From Macrostomum lignano (Eukaryota): a stretch of 64,000 bases of DNA. This document shows positions 1 through 13,010 of the stretch, in pieces (within the stretch, counting starts at the first letter, position 1; every line of letters starts with the position of its first letter). Both the position numbers and the translations under genes were made by a program. Under the pieces are notes generated by a model, which searched no databases, had not been told where the DNA came from, and saw only the letters and a list, made by a program, of their open reading frames with translations. The DNA is taken from contig NIVC01000068.1 of the NCBI GenBank assembly GCA_002269645.1, positions 558,001 to 622,000 on the forward strand, read 5' to 3'.

Positions 1-397
1 AATTATTCGTATATTGTATTGTGAAACGTATTTTTAATCACGTGACATTTTGGCGGTTGAATTTATCGATCGTGTAACAATTTACTGTTAAATATCAAAT
101 ATAAGCGCGGGTTGCCCTAAGTGGAGCTCGCACTTTTTTTCCGGCAAAAAGTCTTACCTGCCACGTGCTCGTGTTTCCTGTGTTAGTCTGTTGAGACACC
201 ACACTGCCAACACTTTGGCAGCAATGTCTCTGGCAGCAATTTTTCATAGACATTCATACCTCAATCTAGTCGGTAATTCCGATTCTAAACGTTTAGTCAA
301 TTATTTAGGCTCTGGATGGGGCTTAATATACTATATATTGGGTGGCACGCTGTAATTCTCCGGGAATCTTCATCCAAGTCTTGAGCAGGTGGGCGGA

Positions 398-1300
398 TAG
401 GACAGGCACTATAGGACAGGCACTATAGGACAGGAAATGCAGGACAGGCACTATAGGACAGGAAATGTAGGACAGGCACTATAGGACAGGCACTATAGGA
501 CAGGAAATGTAGAACAGGCACTATAGGACAGGAAATGTAGGACAGGCATTATAGGACAGGAAATGTAGGACAGGCATTATAGGACAGGAAATGTAGGACA
601 GGCATTATAGGACAGGAAATGTAGGACAGGCACTATAGGACAGAAAATGTAGGACAGGCACTATAGGACAGGAAATGTAGGACAGGCACTATAGGACAGG
701 AAATGTAGGACAGGCACTATAGGACAGGAAATGTAGGACAGGCACTATAGGACAGGCACTATAGGACAGGCACTATAGGACAGGCACTATAGGACAGGAA
801 ATGTAGAACAGGCACTATAGGACAGGCACTATAGGACAGGCACTATAGGACAGGAAATGTAGAACAGGCACTATAGGACAGGCACTATAGGACAGGCACT
901 ATAGGACAGGCACTATAGGACAGGCACTATAGGACAGGCACTATAGGACAGGAAATGTAGAACAGGCACTATAGGACAGGCACTATAGGACAGGCACTAT
1001 AGGACAGGAAATGTAGAACAGGCACTAAAGGACAGGCACTATGGGACAGGAAATGCAGGACAGGCACTATAGGACAGGAAATGTAGGACAGGCACTATAG
1101 GACAGGAAATGTAGGACAGGCACTATAGGACAGGCACTATGGGACAGGAAATACAGGACAGGCACTATGGGACAGGCACCATGGGACAGGAAATGTAGAA
1201 CAGGCACTATAGGACAGGCACTATGGGACAGGAAATGTAGGACAGGCACTATAGGACAGGCACTATAGGACAGGCACTATGGGACAGGCACTATGGGACA
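398..1300. repeat. Minisatellite of two alternating 14-bp units (AGGACAGGCACTAT / AGGACAGGAAATGT)
   Basis: About 60 directly visible tandem units; source of the spurious 1067..1249 ORF. Confidence 0.95.
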
Positions 1301-1464
1301 AAATTCTTCAAAAGCTTTTCTAAATCTGCAACAAGTTTCATTTCGGCACCAACCAAGAGCGCCATGTTTATTCCTCTGAACCCTCAGCACGTCCTCACTT
1401 TGCACTTCCTAGGAACAGCGCTCATGCAGGATGTACAGTGACCATGACTTTTCCTATGTGAAGG

Positions 1465-1530
1465 GGGTCAACCATGGAATTGAACTCAGGTACCCCCAGG
1501 GAGCGGGTATCAGACGCCTTACCTACGTAC
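1465..1530 (-). mobile_element. tRNA-like SINE head fragment
   Basis: Minus strand reads GTAGGTAAGGCGTCTGAT...GAGTTCAATTCC (A-box/B-box-like); no full cloverleaf. Confidence 0.3.
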
Positions 1531-2495
1531 TTACCTATGCACTAGATTTCATCATTCTCAGCCGTCACTTATGCTGACATGCATTTTCGAAATGTGTTTC
1601 ACTGATCAAACGCGTAACTACCAAAATATTCGAATCCAAAAGAGCTTTCACAAATCAATATTTCCAGCATTTTAAACATAGTACCTTTGAAAATAGCACT
1701 AGCTAGATAGATCTTATTTAGAAACTATATTGATATATGTATGCACCAATGCGGTAAAAAGATATAAATTAACTAGTTCCTCAACAACAGAGATGTAAAA
1801 TCAAAATAATCAGACAAAATCAGTGTAGTTCTACTCATTAAACAGTAGTCAGTATTGCTTTTGTCATGTGAAGTTAGAAAACTGTCATCCAAAGTTGAAA
1901 GCCTACAGAACAAAGGTACTTTGGGCCATAAATCATCATCAGTCGATGAAGTTTCGGTCTTATGTGAATATTGAGTTTGCGGCGTTGTGAAATCACCATC
2001 CTGCTGCACCATTCCTCTCTTCACTGCACTTTTTCAGACTGCCTCATCTTGTGGCTTCTGTCTCTTGATACCTCAACACCACCTTCAACCACAGCCTTCT
2101 GCACTTGTAACTTAATTCTTTTCACTTCCTTTTTCATCGAGTGGTTAGTCTTCGTCTTCTTCCAGAAAATGCCCAGCATCCTCCTATAGGTCTTCATCTT
2201 GAAGAAGCTCAGTGCCGCTTTTGATCTTCACGACCTCCATTGGCCAGGTCAACACACGCATAGAGACGAGTTTCCATGACTACCGATCCCATAATCAGCA
2301 ACATTTTATTTTTCATGTTGATGCTTTTTTGCTGCCCCCCCCCAGATGTTTCCTGACAAAAATCGATGACCATATGCCTGCGGCTTGTCCCTCAGTGTCC
2401 GGCCCAACCTGTCTTTGTACCATTGGACATTGTTTCAACTTTCAATGCAGCCGTTTTCTAACTTGGCGTGTGGCAAATGCTATTAGTTGATATTT

Positions 2496-4410
<1,915 letters not shown>

Positions 4411-4479
4411 CTGTAGATAAGCAGGGAAACGGGGATTTTGGAGGCTTGGTAGTAAAGTGTACGTTAAGGATAAGGTCTG

Positions 4480-5040
4480 TCAGGTTAGGCCAGGGATTGT
4501 ACATTGGGTTAGGGGTTAAGCCAGGGAGTGTACATTGGGGGTAGGGGTTAAGCCAGGGAGTGTACATTGGGGTTAGGCCAGGGAGTGTACATTGGGGGTA
4601 GGGGTTAGGCCAGGGAGTGTACATTGGGGGTAGGGTTAGGCCAGGGAGTATACATTGGGGGTAGGGGTTAGGCCAGGGAGTGTACATTGGGGTTAGGCCA
4701 GGGAGTGTACATTGGGGGTAGGGGTTAGGCCAGGGAGTGTACATTGGGGGTAGGGGTTAGGCCAGGGAGTGTACATCGGGGTTAGGGTATGAGAGGCTAG
4801 GGCAGAGTGTACATTTGGAATAGGGTTTGGCTAGTGAATGTACGCTCGTACATTTAGGGGTAGGGTGTTTGACGCTAGGCCAGGGAGTGTATATTGGGGA
4901 TAGGATTTGAGAGGCTAGGCCAGGGAGTGCACATTGAGGGGTAGGATTTGAGGCTAGGCCAGAGAGTGTACATCGGTGGTAGGGTTTGAGAGGCTAGGCC
5001 AGGAATTGCACATTTAAGGGTAGGGTTTGTGAGGCTTAGC
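4480..5040. repeat. G-rich minisatellite (GGCCAGGGAGTGTACATTGGGGGTAGGGGTTA), array 1
   Basis: Tandem units of about 26-40 bp ending about 60 nt upstream of the FAHD1 acceptor. Confidence 0.93.
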
Positions 5041-5914
5041 TAGAGGTAAAGTTTTCTAGCTATGATCCGGGGATGCACATAGGAGCAAAGCTTGTAATGC
5101 TTTGTGTAGTTGTAAATTTTCAACCGGTGAAGTTTCCAGTTCTTTTAAAAATCTGCACAGATGCCTTTAGTTGTGTTCATATAGTTAAAGTAAACTTCTG
5201 TCAAAGCTTTTTAATCTGTTTTAATGCACGCTAATTTCTACTAATATAAAAAATGAAAGACAATGAAGAAACACTTATAAACGCCAATTACAAAGACAAT
5301 AAATATCTAAAGTCTAGCTTTACATAACGTGTTTAGTAAATCAACATTAATCTGACCATTTAATTGAAAATACTAACAGATCCACATTAACGATTAACTA
5401 GCAAATTTTCCAATCAACTTTGACTAAGTGGTTATGGGATCACAATGATCGATTGATCAACAATCATTCAGGAACAAAATGGTTGACTTGGCGGCTTTTT
5501 CTTCGAATTGTTCGTCAATGGATATGGTGATTGGATTGGCAAGGCAATGCAAAATGAAAATTAAGTTATTTAAAGTATCGCGTTAGTTTGCTATGCATTA
5601 GCGATTATGTAGAAGCCAGATACACTTATAAGTCCAAGAAGAATGGTTAAGATTAAAGCCTAGCTAATAAGCTTAATAAAAAAACTGGAATTGAAAGGAG
5701 ATTGTCAACTCAGTTGCAGTTAATGCCAATTTAAATAATCAGTGTAGTAAGAGAGCTACATAGAGTCCGTAGCATAAACAGGAACAGTAATCGTTAGGCA
5801 CAAAAATAGATTTTGTTTTGCTAATCAAGAAAATATTTTTTATTCAATAAAATTTTTCTAGCATTATTGAGGCTTATATGTATTGCATATAACAATTATC
5901 TAATATTAAATATT

Positions 5915-6400
5915 GTGAGGCAGGGAGTGTACATTGGGGGTAGGGTTTTTGAGGCTAGGCCAAGGAGTGTACATTGGGGGTAGGGGTTAGGCCAGGGAGT
6001 GTACATTGGGGGTAGGGTTAGCGAGGCTAGGCCAGGGAGTGTACATTGGGGGTAGGGTTAGCGAGGCTAGGCCAGGGAGTGTACATTGGGGGGTAGGGTT
6101 TGTGAGGCTAGGCCAGGGAGTGTACATTGGGGGTAGGGTTTGTGAGGCTAGGCCAGGGAGTGTACATTGGGGGTAGGGTTTTGTGAGGCTATGCCAGGGA
6201 GTGTACATTGGGGGTAGGGGTTAGGCCTGGGAGTTTAAATTGGGGTTAGGGTTAGCGAGGCTATGCCAGGGAGTGTACATTGGGGGTAGGGGTTAGGCCT
6301 GGGAGTTTAAATTGGGGTTAGGGTTAGCGAGGCTAGGCCAGGGAGTGTACATTGGGGGTAGGGTTTGTGAGGCTATGAAGTGTACAGTGGGGTTAAGCCC
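5915..6400. repeat. Same G-rich minisatellite family, array 2
   Basis: Same core as 4480-5040, separated from it by about 880 bp of AT-rich DNA. Confidence 0.93.
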
Positions 6401-6604
6401 AGATTATACACCACAATAATTACACAAACTTAACCAAACAGAAAATTACCACCGGATGAATTATTGACTATAATAATTCAACATTGAAATCAGGTGGCTA
6501 GATATACATGTATGAATTTTGGACAAAATCGCCAGAAAATGGCCAACTTTAAGTACATTTGGAAGAGAGCGTTCTGCATTTCAAACGATTAATAAATTTA
6601 TAGA

Positions 6605-9600
6605 TCATCGCTTTTTCTTGGCCACGGTAGACGAAAACTGAGCCCTTAATCCGTTCAACTCGTCCTCTTTTCGTTCCAACTGCCTGTTGAGCTCGCCAAC
6701 GTGATCAGAGATGGCGGCCAGTTGCTCCTCATAATTCCGACGGGTTGTGTCCAGCTCTTCTCTGCACTGGAAGGCCGCGTCCTTCAAGCTGGCAGCTTCG
6801 TTCAGTGCCAGCACAAGTCGCTGATTGGCTGTCTTTGCTGACAGTTGCGCGTGCATCAGACGAGAGTCCAGCAGCTGCAGCGACGCCTCAGACTCGGTGC
6901 ACTTGGCTTCGAGAAAATTCGCTCGCAACTGAGCAACTGCTGATGACTGGTCACCGTCTGGGACTGCGGACGGGGGGGTCGACTGCTGCTGCTGCTGCGT
7001 CGGGGGAGGCGACGGAGACGACTGCTGCTGCTTGCCCAGTCTCGTAGACAATACCTGCATTACAGAAGTTAAGTAATGTTCTTTTGGTGATTTAAAAGAG
7101 ATTAGAAACAGGCTTAAACCCAGAAGCGGGCCGGATAGAGAGGCTTTGTGGGCCGGAGTTAGCCGACCACTGACCTAAAGCGGCGCATGCTTTTTAAAGG
7201 AACCCATGATGAAAACGGTCCAGGGTCGTTTCAAAGTCGTTGCAGGTAACACAGGTAAAATAGGAAAGAAGTGACTCTAGACCACTCTAAAACGACGAGA
7301 TGTCACGGTACAAGTCGCCTAAGAGCCAACTTGAGGCGTTTTATTGTCTGCGTCCCTGGGGGGCGTAGAATAGTATCTGAGGCGTGCTAGAGTCGCTGTA
7401 GAATCTCTGAGTTGCATCTGCGTCCTCTATTCTACTTGAGTCAGTAGAAAGTTAAGCGCTAACACAAAGACTCTTGGACGATTTTTTCGCGACTATTTAC
7501 GATTCTGCAACTCACGTGATGCGCTTGAGATTCAAAAGTCGCCTCGATCTCCGTCGCATTACAGCGTTTGAGTCGCTAGAGTGACTTAGTGAGCTGTTAG
7601 CAATGACTAGCGATTCTTGCCATGATAACGTTTTCAAGGGGTGGGGGTTCACGTGTCGGGAGATGCTGTTTAAACTGATGCTCAGGTTCGGGTTATGGGT
7701 TGAAGCCTAGTGGTTAGAGCGTCGGACTCGCGACGGAAAGGTCGGGGGTTCGATTCTCGACCCACTAGGTACAATCTTTGTCCTGAGCAAGACACTTAAC
7801 TCTGCATTGCTTCAGTTCACCCAGCTGTAAAATGGGTGCCAGCATTAGCTGGGTTAATTGAGGGTGTGTGGCGACCCCCCAGTCCTTGGACTGATCAGCC
7901 GTACGCAGCATTCAGATGCGCTCAGCTGAGCTGTCGGTTGCACATCTGCCGAGTAAGCAGGTGTACTCAATTATTATTTTTAGGTTATTACGGTTTAATG
8001 CTGGGGTTAGGATAATCGCTCCAACTGATAGAGCAAACCCACCTGAGCTTCGAGCATCCATCGTTCTCGATCTTTTTCAAGTTGGCTAATCCGAGCCTGC
8101 TGAGCTGCCAGCCGGGACTCCATCAGAGCCAGCTGATCTTGCCGACGCTGCAGCTCGTCGCGCAGGACGGCCAGCTCTGCCTTGGCCGCCTCAGCCGCCT
8201 CGGATGCCGCAGCAGCCGCCGCAGCCGAAGCGGCGGCATTAGCAATTGAAGGCGACGAAGGAGACGGCGAAGGCGACAACGAATTCACGTTGGCAGCGGC
8301 CGTTGGGCCGGTTGTTGAATCCGAAATAGCGGACGAGAGATTCACGGCGGCGAACATCAAACGAGAAGCGATTAACTCGCATTGCTCGCTTACCTGGAAT
8401 AGGAAAGGTATATCCAATGCAATGTGATTTGGTTATGCTAAGTTTTAATGCTCAAGCCAGGTTATCTATTTTGATTGTCAGCCGCACACCCCTGAAGGGG
8501 GGCTAACTGGCTAGTCTAAAATACTAAACTTTTAATGCTCAAGCCTACCAGGTTATCTATTTTGATTGTCAGTCGCAAACCCCCGAAAAGGAGCTAACTG
8601 GCTAGTCTAATACACTAAATTTTTAATGCTCAAGCCTACCAAGATCTCTATTTTGATTGTCAGCCGCAAACCCCCGAAAAGGGGCTAAGTGGCTAGGCTA
8701 ATACACTACATTTTTAATGCTCAAGCTTAACTTTGTCGACTATGCTACAAAGCACCCCGCCCCGAGGAGGGGCTAACTGGCTAGTCTAATATACTAAATT
8801 CGATTCAGACTGAGAACTGTTTAGTGCCCAAAAAGCAGGTCAAGAATTTCACCTGAGTATTAAGCAGATCAAGCTTGGTTACAAGAGTCGACGCGGCGGT
8901 CAGACACGCCTTATTACCCGCAGCGATATCATCGGAAACTCTGAGCGCCGATTCGGCGTTGACTTTTCTCTCGCAGGCGGTATACAGCTTTTTACATGCA
9001 CCGGCTAGTGCTGCAAATCGTTGGGTAATAGAATCGGCTAATTGACTTCTGGACTTGGCCTCCGCAGCAGTAGTCATCAGACTTGCTAAATTTCGCAGCG
9101 AATTCGGCAGCTCAATTGTCAAGCATTGACACAGTTCCGTATTTAAAGTCTGCAGCTCAGTTGACAAATGCTCGGCTGACACGGCGACCGAGAACGGTTC
9201 GGACAGTTCGGACAGACAGTCGGCCAGCTGAGGACACCGACGCAGCAGAGACAGCAGCTGGGCATCCGTGGCCAGTTCTGGCCTATCCGCAGGCAGCTCC
9301 CGGCACAGCGACCGGGCGGCGGCTACGCAAGCCCGCAGTCGGCGACTGGCTGACTCAGTCCAGCTGCCAGCCGCTCTCAACCGGGCCTCCAGGTGCAGGT
9401 GCAGGTCCACCAGCGACTTGAGCGCCCGCACCAGTGTGGGAGTCTGGCTAGACGTCCAGTCGTACCAACGACGGGCGACCTGCATTGGATTTTAGTGTGT
9501 CAAGAGTACTATAAGTAGTGTTTACAGAATTCCTTGAATTTACAAAACCATCCCTGCTCTTTCATGGGATAAAGGGAAGATAAGACTAGGGAATTTTATT

Positions 9601-10855
9601 TGGATTTAATGCACTGGAAGGAAACCGGACCGTTAAATACATGACCGCAAATAGAGCAGGCGATCACGAACCTGAGCCTCTTCCGAGTGCCTGAGCAGAC
9701 CTGACAGCAGCTCAGCATCTCGGCGCAGTCCAGCTGACTCAGCTCGAGCCTCAGCCAACTGAGACGTTGCCGTCTCCACGCGACCAGCTGCGGTAGCAAC
9801 TTGGGCGGCTAGGCGGTCCCGTTCCTCCACTGCCGACTGGCGAGCCTCGGTGGCTTCCGCCAGGGCGGCGTCTCGTTCCGCTCTGGCCGACGCCGCGGCC
9901 GTCTCGAGAGCCGACAACTGTTCAGCGTATCGAACTGCGGCAGTTTGAGCAGCTTCGTCTCTGGCCAGCAGGTCCTGGTGTAGGCGAGCGTTCTCTGCGA
10001 TCTTGCGCTGCAGTTCCTCTTCTAGGACGGAGGCGCCCCCAGATGTTTCTGCGGCAGCTGGGTTAGTGATTACAGATGAGCCTTGTAGAGTATTACAGAT
10101 GGGTCTGGTAGAGGATTACAGATGGATCTGGTAGAGGATTACAGATTGGATCTGGTAGAGTATTATAGATGGGTTTGGTAGAGTATTACAGATGGGTCTG
10201 GTAGAGTATTATAGATGGGTTTGGTAGAGTATTACAGATGGGTCTGGTAGAGTATTATAGATGGGTTTGGTAGAGTATTACAGATGGGTCTGGTAGAGTA
10301 TTACAGATGGGTCTGATAGAGTATTACAGATGGGTCTGATAGAGTATTACAGATGGGTCTGATAGAGTATTACAGATGAGTCTGGTAGAGTATTACAGAT
10401 GAGTCTGGTAGAGTATTACAGATTGTCGAGTATTGTACGCGTAAAATAGAATTTCAAATACTTTTATTACCCGCAGCCTTGACTTTGCCACTGCTGGGAC
10501 TGTGCTGATGAGGCTGGTGCTGCAGACGCCGCAACGACTCCAAGGATTCCTGCAACTGATCGACTCTGGACTGCAGCTGCCTATTCAACAAGTTCAGCGA
10601 GTCGGCTTCAACCTCGCGCTTTCTCAAAGTCTGCCTAGCCGTGTTCAACTCCTCGGTAAGCTGGCCTGTTCGTTTCTGCTCTTCAAGGACGCCATTCTTC
10701 AGCACAATAACCTGCTGTCTGGCTTTGCTGTACTCGGTTGCTAGGCGCTGGTAGCGCTCCTGCATTCCGCTGCCGCCGGGACTGGGACTGGCGCTGCCAC
10801 CGGGACTCAGGCCCGGTGTGCTGGACAGTTTCTGCTGCTGCTGCTGCTGACTCAT
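6605..10855 (-). CDS. PPP1R21: PPP1R21 (KLRAQ/CCDC128; FERRY complex subunit); exons 10855-10471, 10057-9672, 9479-8853, 8393-8043, 7054-6605; about 732 aa
   Basis: N-terminal RYQRLATEYSKARQQVIVLKNGVLEEQ (KLRAQ-domain-like), EEELQRKIAEN, RERWMLEAQ, C-terminal TTRRNYEEQLAAISDHVGELN; all GT-AG, phases 1,0,0,0 consistent. Confidence 0.88.
7210..7625. repeat. Dispersed GACTC/GAGTC-rich repeat, copy 2 (PPP1R21 intron 4)
   Basis: Similar to 2880-3115, same orientation. Confidence 0.75.
7702..7970 (+). mobile_element. tRNA-derived SINE (family 1)
   Basis: A-box TAGTGGTTAGAGC, B-box GGTTCGATTC, body GCAAGACACTTAACTCT...CAGCTGTAAAATGGG, 3' GCAGGTGTA then AT-rich tail; several copies in window. Confidence 0.88.
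8440..8800. repeat. About 87-bp tandem repeat, 3-4 copies (PPP1R21 intron 3)
   Basis: Recurring TTTTAATGCTCAAGC...ATCTATTTTGATTGTCAG...GCTAACTGGCTAGTCTAA. Confidence 0.85.
10075..10425. repeat. 23-bp minisatellite (GGTAGAGTATTACAGATGGGTCT), PPP1R21 intron 1
   Basis: About 15 tandem units filling nearly the whole intron. Confidence 0.93.
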
Positions 10856-11079
10856 GGTGCCGAGACTGACAACTCTATATTATCTAGTTGCTAAAGGCAC
10901 ACACACCTGTGCAGCTGGTCACCCTGACGCTTTCAATCTCTTTGCACTCTTGAACATTCAGAATGCTGGCTTCGATATATTTTATGATCCGACTGTTATT
11001 AAGCAGGATTCTGAAGTCATGAATTGGATGTTAATAAAAGTAGCTTTGATAGAATCCACCTCAAATTATCTATAGAATA

Positions 11080-11470
11080 TACCCTAAAAATATCTATAGC
11101 TAGAATCCACCTAAAAATAACTATAGAATCCGCCTAAAAATGTTCATATAATTTACCTCAAAATGACCATATAATCCACCTGAAAATCTCTATATACCTT
11201 ACCTCAAAATATCTATAGAATCCACCTAAAATGTCCATAGAATCCACCTCAAAACGTCCATAGAATCTACCAGAAAATTCCCATAGAATCAATCTCAAAA
11301 TGCCCATAGAACCCACCTCAAAATGACCATAGAATCTAGCTCAAAATCTTTCCAGAATCGACTTGAATATGCAGTAGAATCTACTCCAGAATCTCTCTAA
11401 AATCTGCCGTGGAATCTAATTTATATTCTGCTTGAATCTACCTCAGAATATTCGCTGAATCTACACTTGT
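11080..11470. repeat. Degenerate about 22-bp tandem repeat (ATAGAATCCACCTCAAAA)
   Basis: Visible decaying tandem units upstream of PPP1R21. Confidence 0.75.
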
Positions 11471-12314
11471 ACCTCTAGACTTTTAAAAGTTTAAAGAAGC
11501 AGACTGAAAAATGGACATAAAATGGAGACGTAATAAACACAGCGATATAAGGTATATTTAAAATTATATAGCAATAGTAGTGATGAACGGTAATAAAAAT
11601 TCAAAAATTTACTTTAAAATTTTTTAAAATGGTGTTTTAAAAAGAGAAAAATTCTTCAAGATGCTTCTAGTTTGCTTTAACTGTTAAATATAATAAGAGT
11701 CACTACAGCTTGCAGTAAAGTTAATTATAAATATTTGAATCAATAAAGTGCAGGTTGTACTTGCTTGAGGTAAAATACGGCCGCGTTATGAAAAGAACAA
11801 ACGAAAACAAATTTACTTATTTTTCAATGAATTAAAAATTAACAACTTGGTGAAACTACTCATTTTGAGTGCTCAGTAGTACAATTTAGCAAGCGAAAGG
11901 TGATATGACGAATTGGTTTATATAAAAAGCGACAAAAATTGCTGATATTAAAAGTTGTGTGCTTAAAAAAATCAAGATATTTTTATTTAGTTTAAACAAA
12001 CAGAAAAACTAATGTAATTAGGAGAAACAAACAGAAGAAGCAAAATCGCGCGCTCTATTTCAGGTGGAATTGTGTGGTGATAGATACTGTAATATCTAAA
12101 CTAATAGCTACTAACAGTAGGGTATATACTTTAGTAGAAATATATGCATCAAAAAAATATCATCAAGCGATAATTATTGTTAGATGTTAGCTTATAAAAA
12201 TGAAATTTAGAAGTTGGTAAAATATAAAGAATGTACAAAGCGCATTGCAGGGGCAATAAAAAACTGCGAGGACGTTTAAACAAAGCGGTTTAAATTAACT
12301 TTCCGCGGTTAAAG

Positions 12315-12570
12315 CTACCCACCTCGCGCTGCAGTGTACGCGATTTCTACCCCTGTCCCTCACCCACCTCACGCCGCAGTGTACGCGATTTCTACCCCTC
12401 TATCCCTCACCCACCTCACGCCGCAGTGTACGCGATTTCTACCCCTGTCCCTCACCCACCTCACGCCGCAGTGTACGCGATTTCTGCCCCTCTATCCCTC
12501 ACCCACCTCACGCCGCAGTGTACGCGATTTCTACCCCCAGTCGCTCAACCACCTCACGCTGCAGTATACC
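12315..12570. repeat. 45-bp minisatellite (CACCCACCTCACGCCGCAGTGTACGCGATTTCTACCCC...)
   Basis: About 5 tandem copies between APP and PPP1R21. Confidence 0.9.
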
Positions 12571-13010
12571 CCTCACTCCCTTCAATCAAGCTATCCTAAA
12601 CTGTAAAATAAAAACGCAAACCGCCGATATGGTCCATTTTAATTGATATTTGTAATAAAAGACGAAGAGATGAAATGATAACAAAAACAAGATCGTGACA
12701 CAAAAATGTCGCAAATTCTATAATCAATGGACCCAACTGCTTCGTTAAAATAAAATCAAAAGCTGATACACAGAAAAATATCGTTAAAACGATACGCAGA
12801 AAACAAAAAAGAAGCTGTTGTTATGCGGGCTCGAAAAAACCCCCAAGCTATAGCGACACAACAGCTAAACAGCGATGGAACAATAAAACATGAGTTAAAA
12901 TTAACACAGTAATAATAAAACGTTCAAAAAACACACGAGGAATCGTTTCTTATCGTCGTTTCTCTTCATCAACACAGACTCCTTTGTCTATTATCAATTA
13001 ATCCGTAGCG

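Noticed and set aside
1773-2490. Short ORFs downstream of FAHD1
   Set aside because: No recognisable motifs or consistent splice structure
7702-7775. Apparent tRNA gene (also at the other SINE heads)
   Set aside because: A and B boxes only, followed by a shared SINE body; no intact cloverleaf
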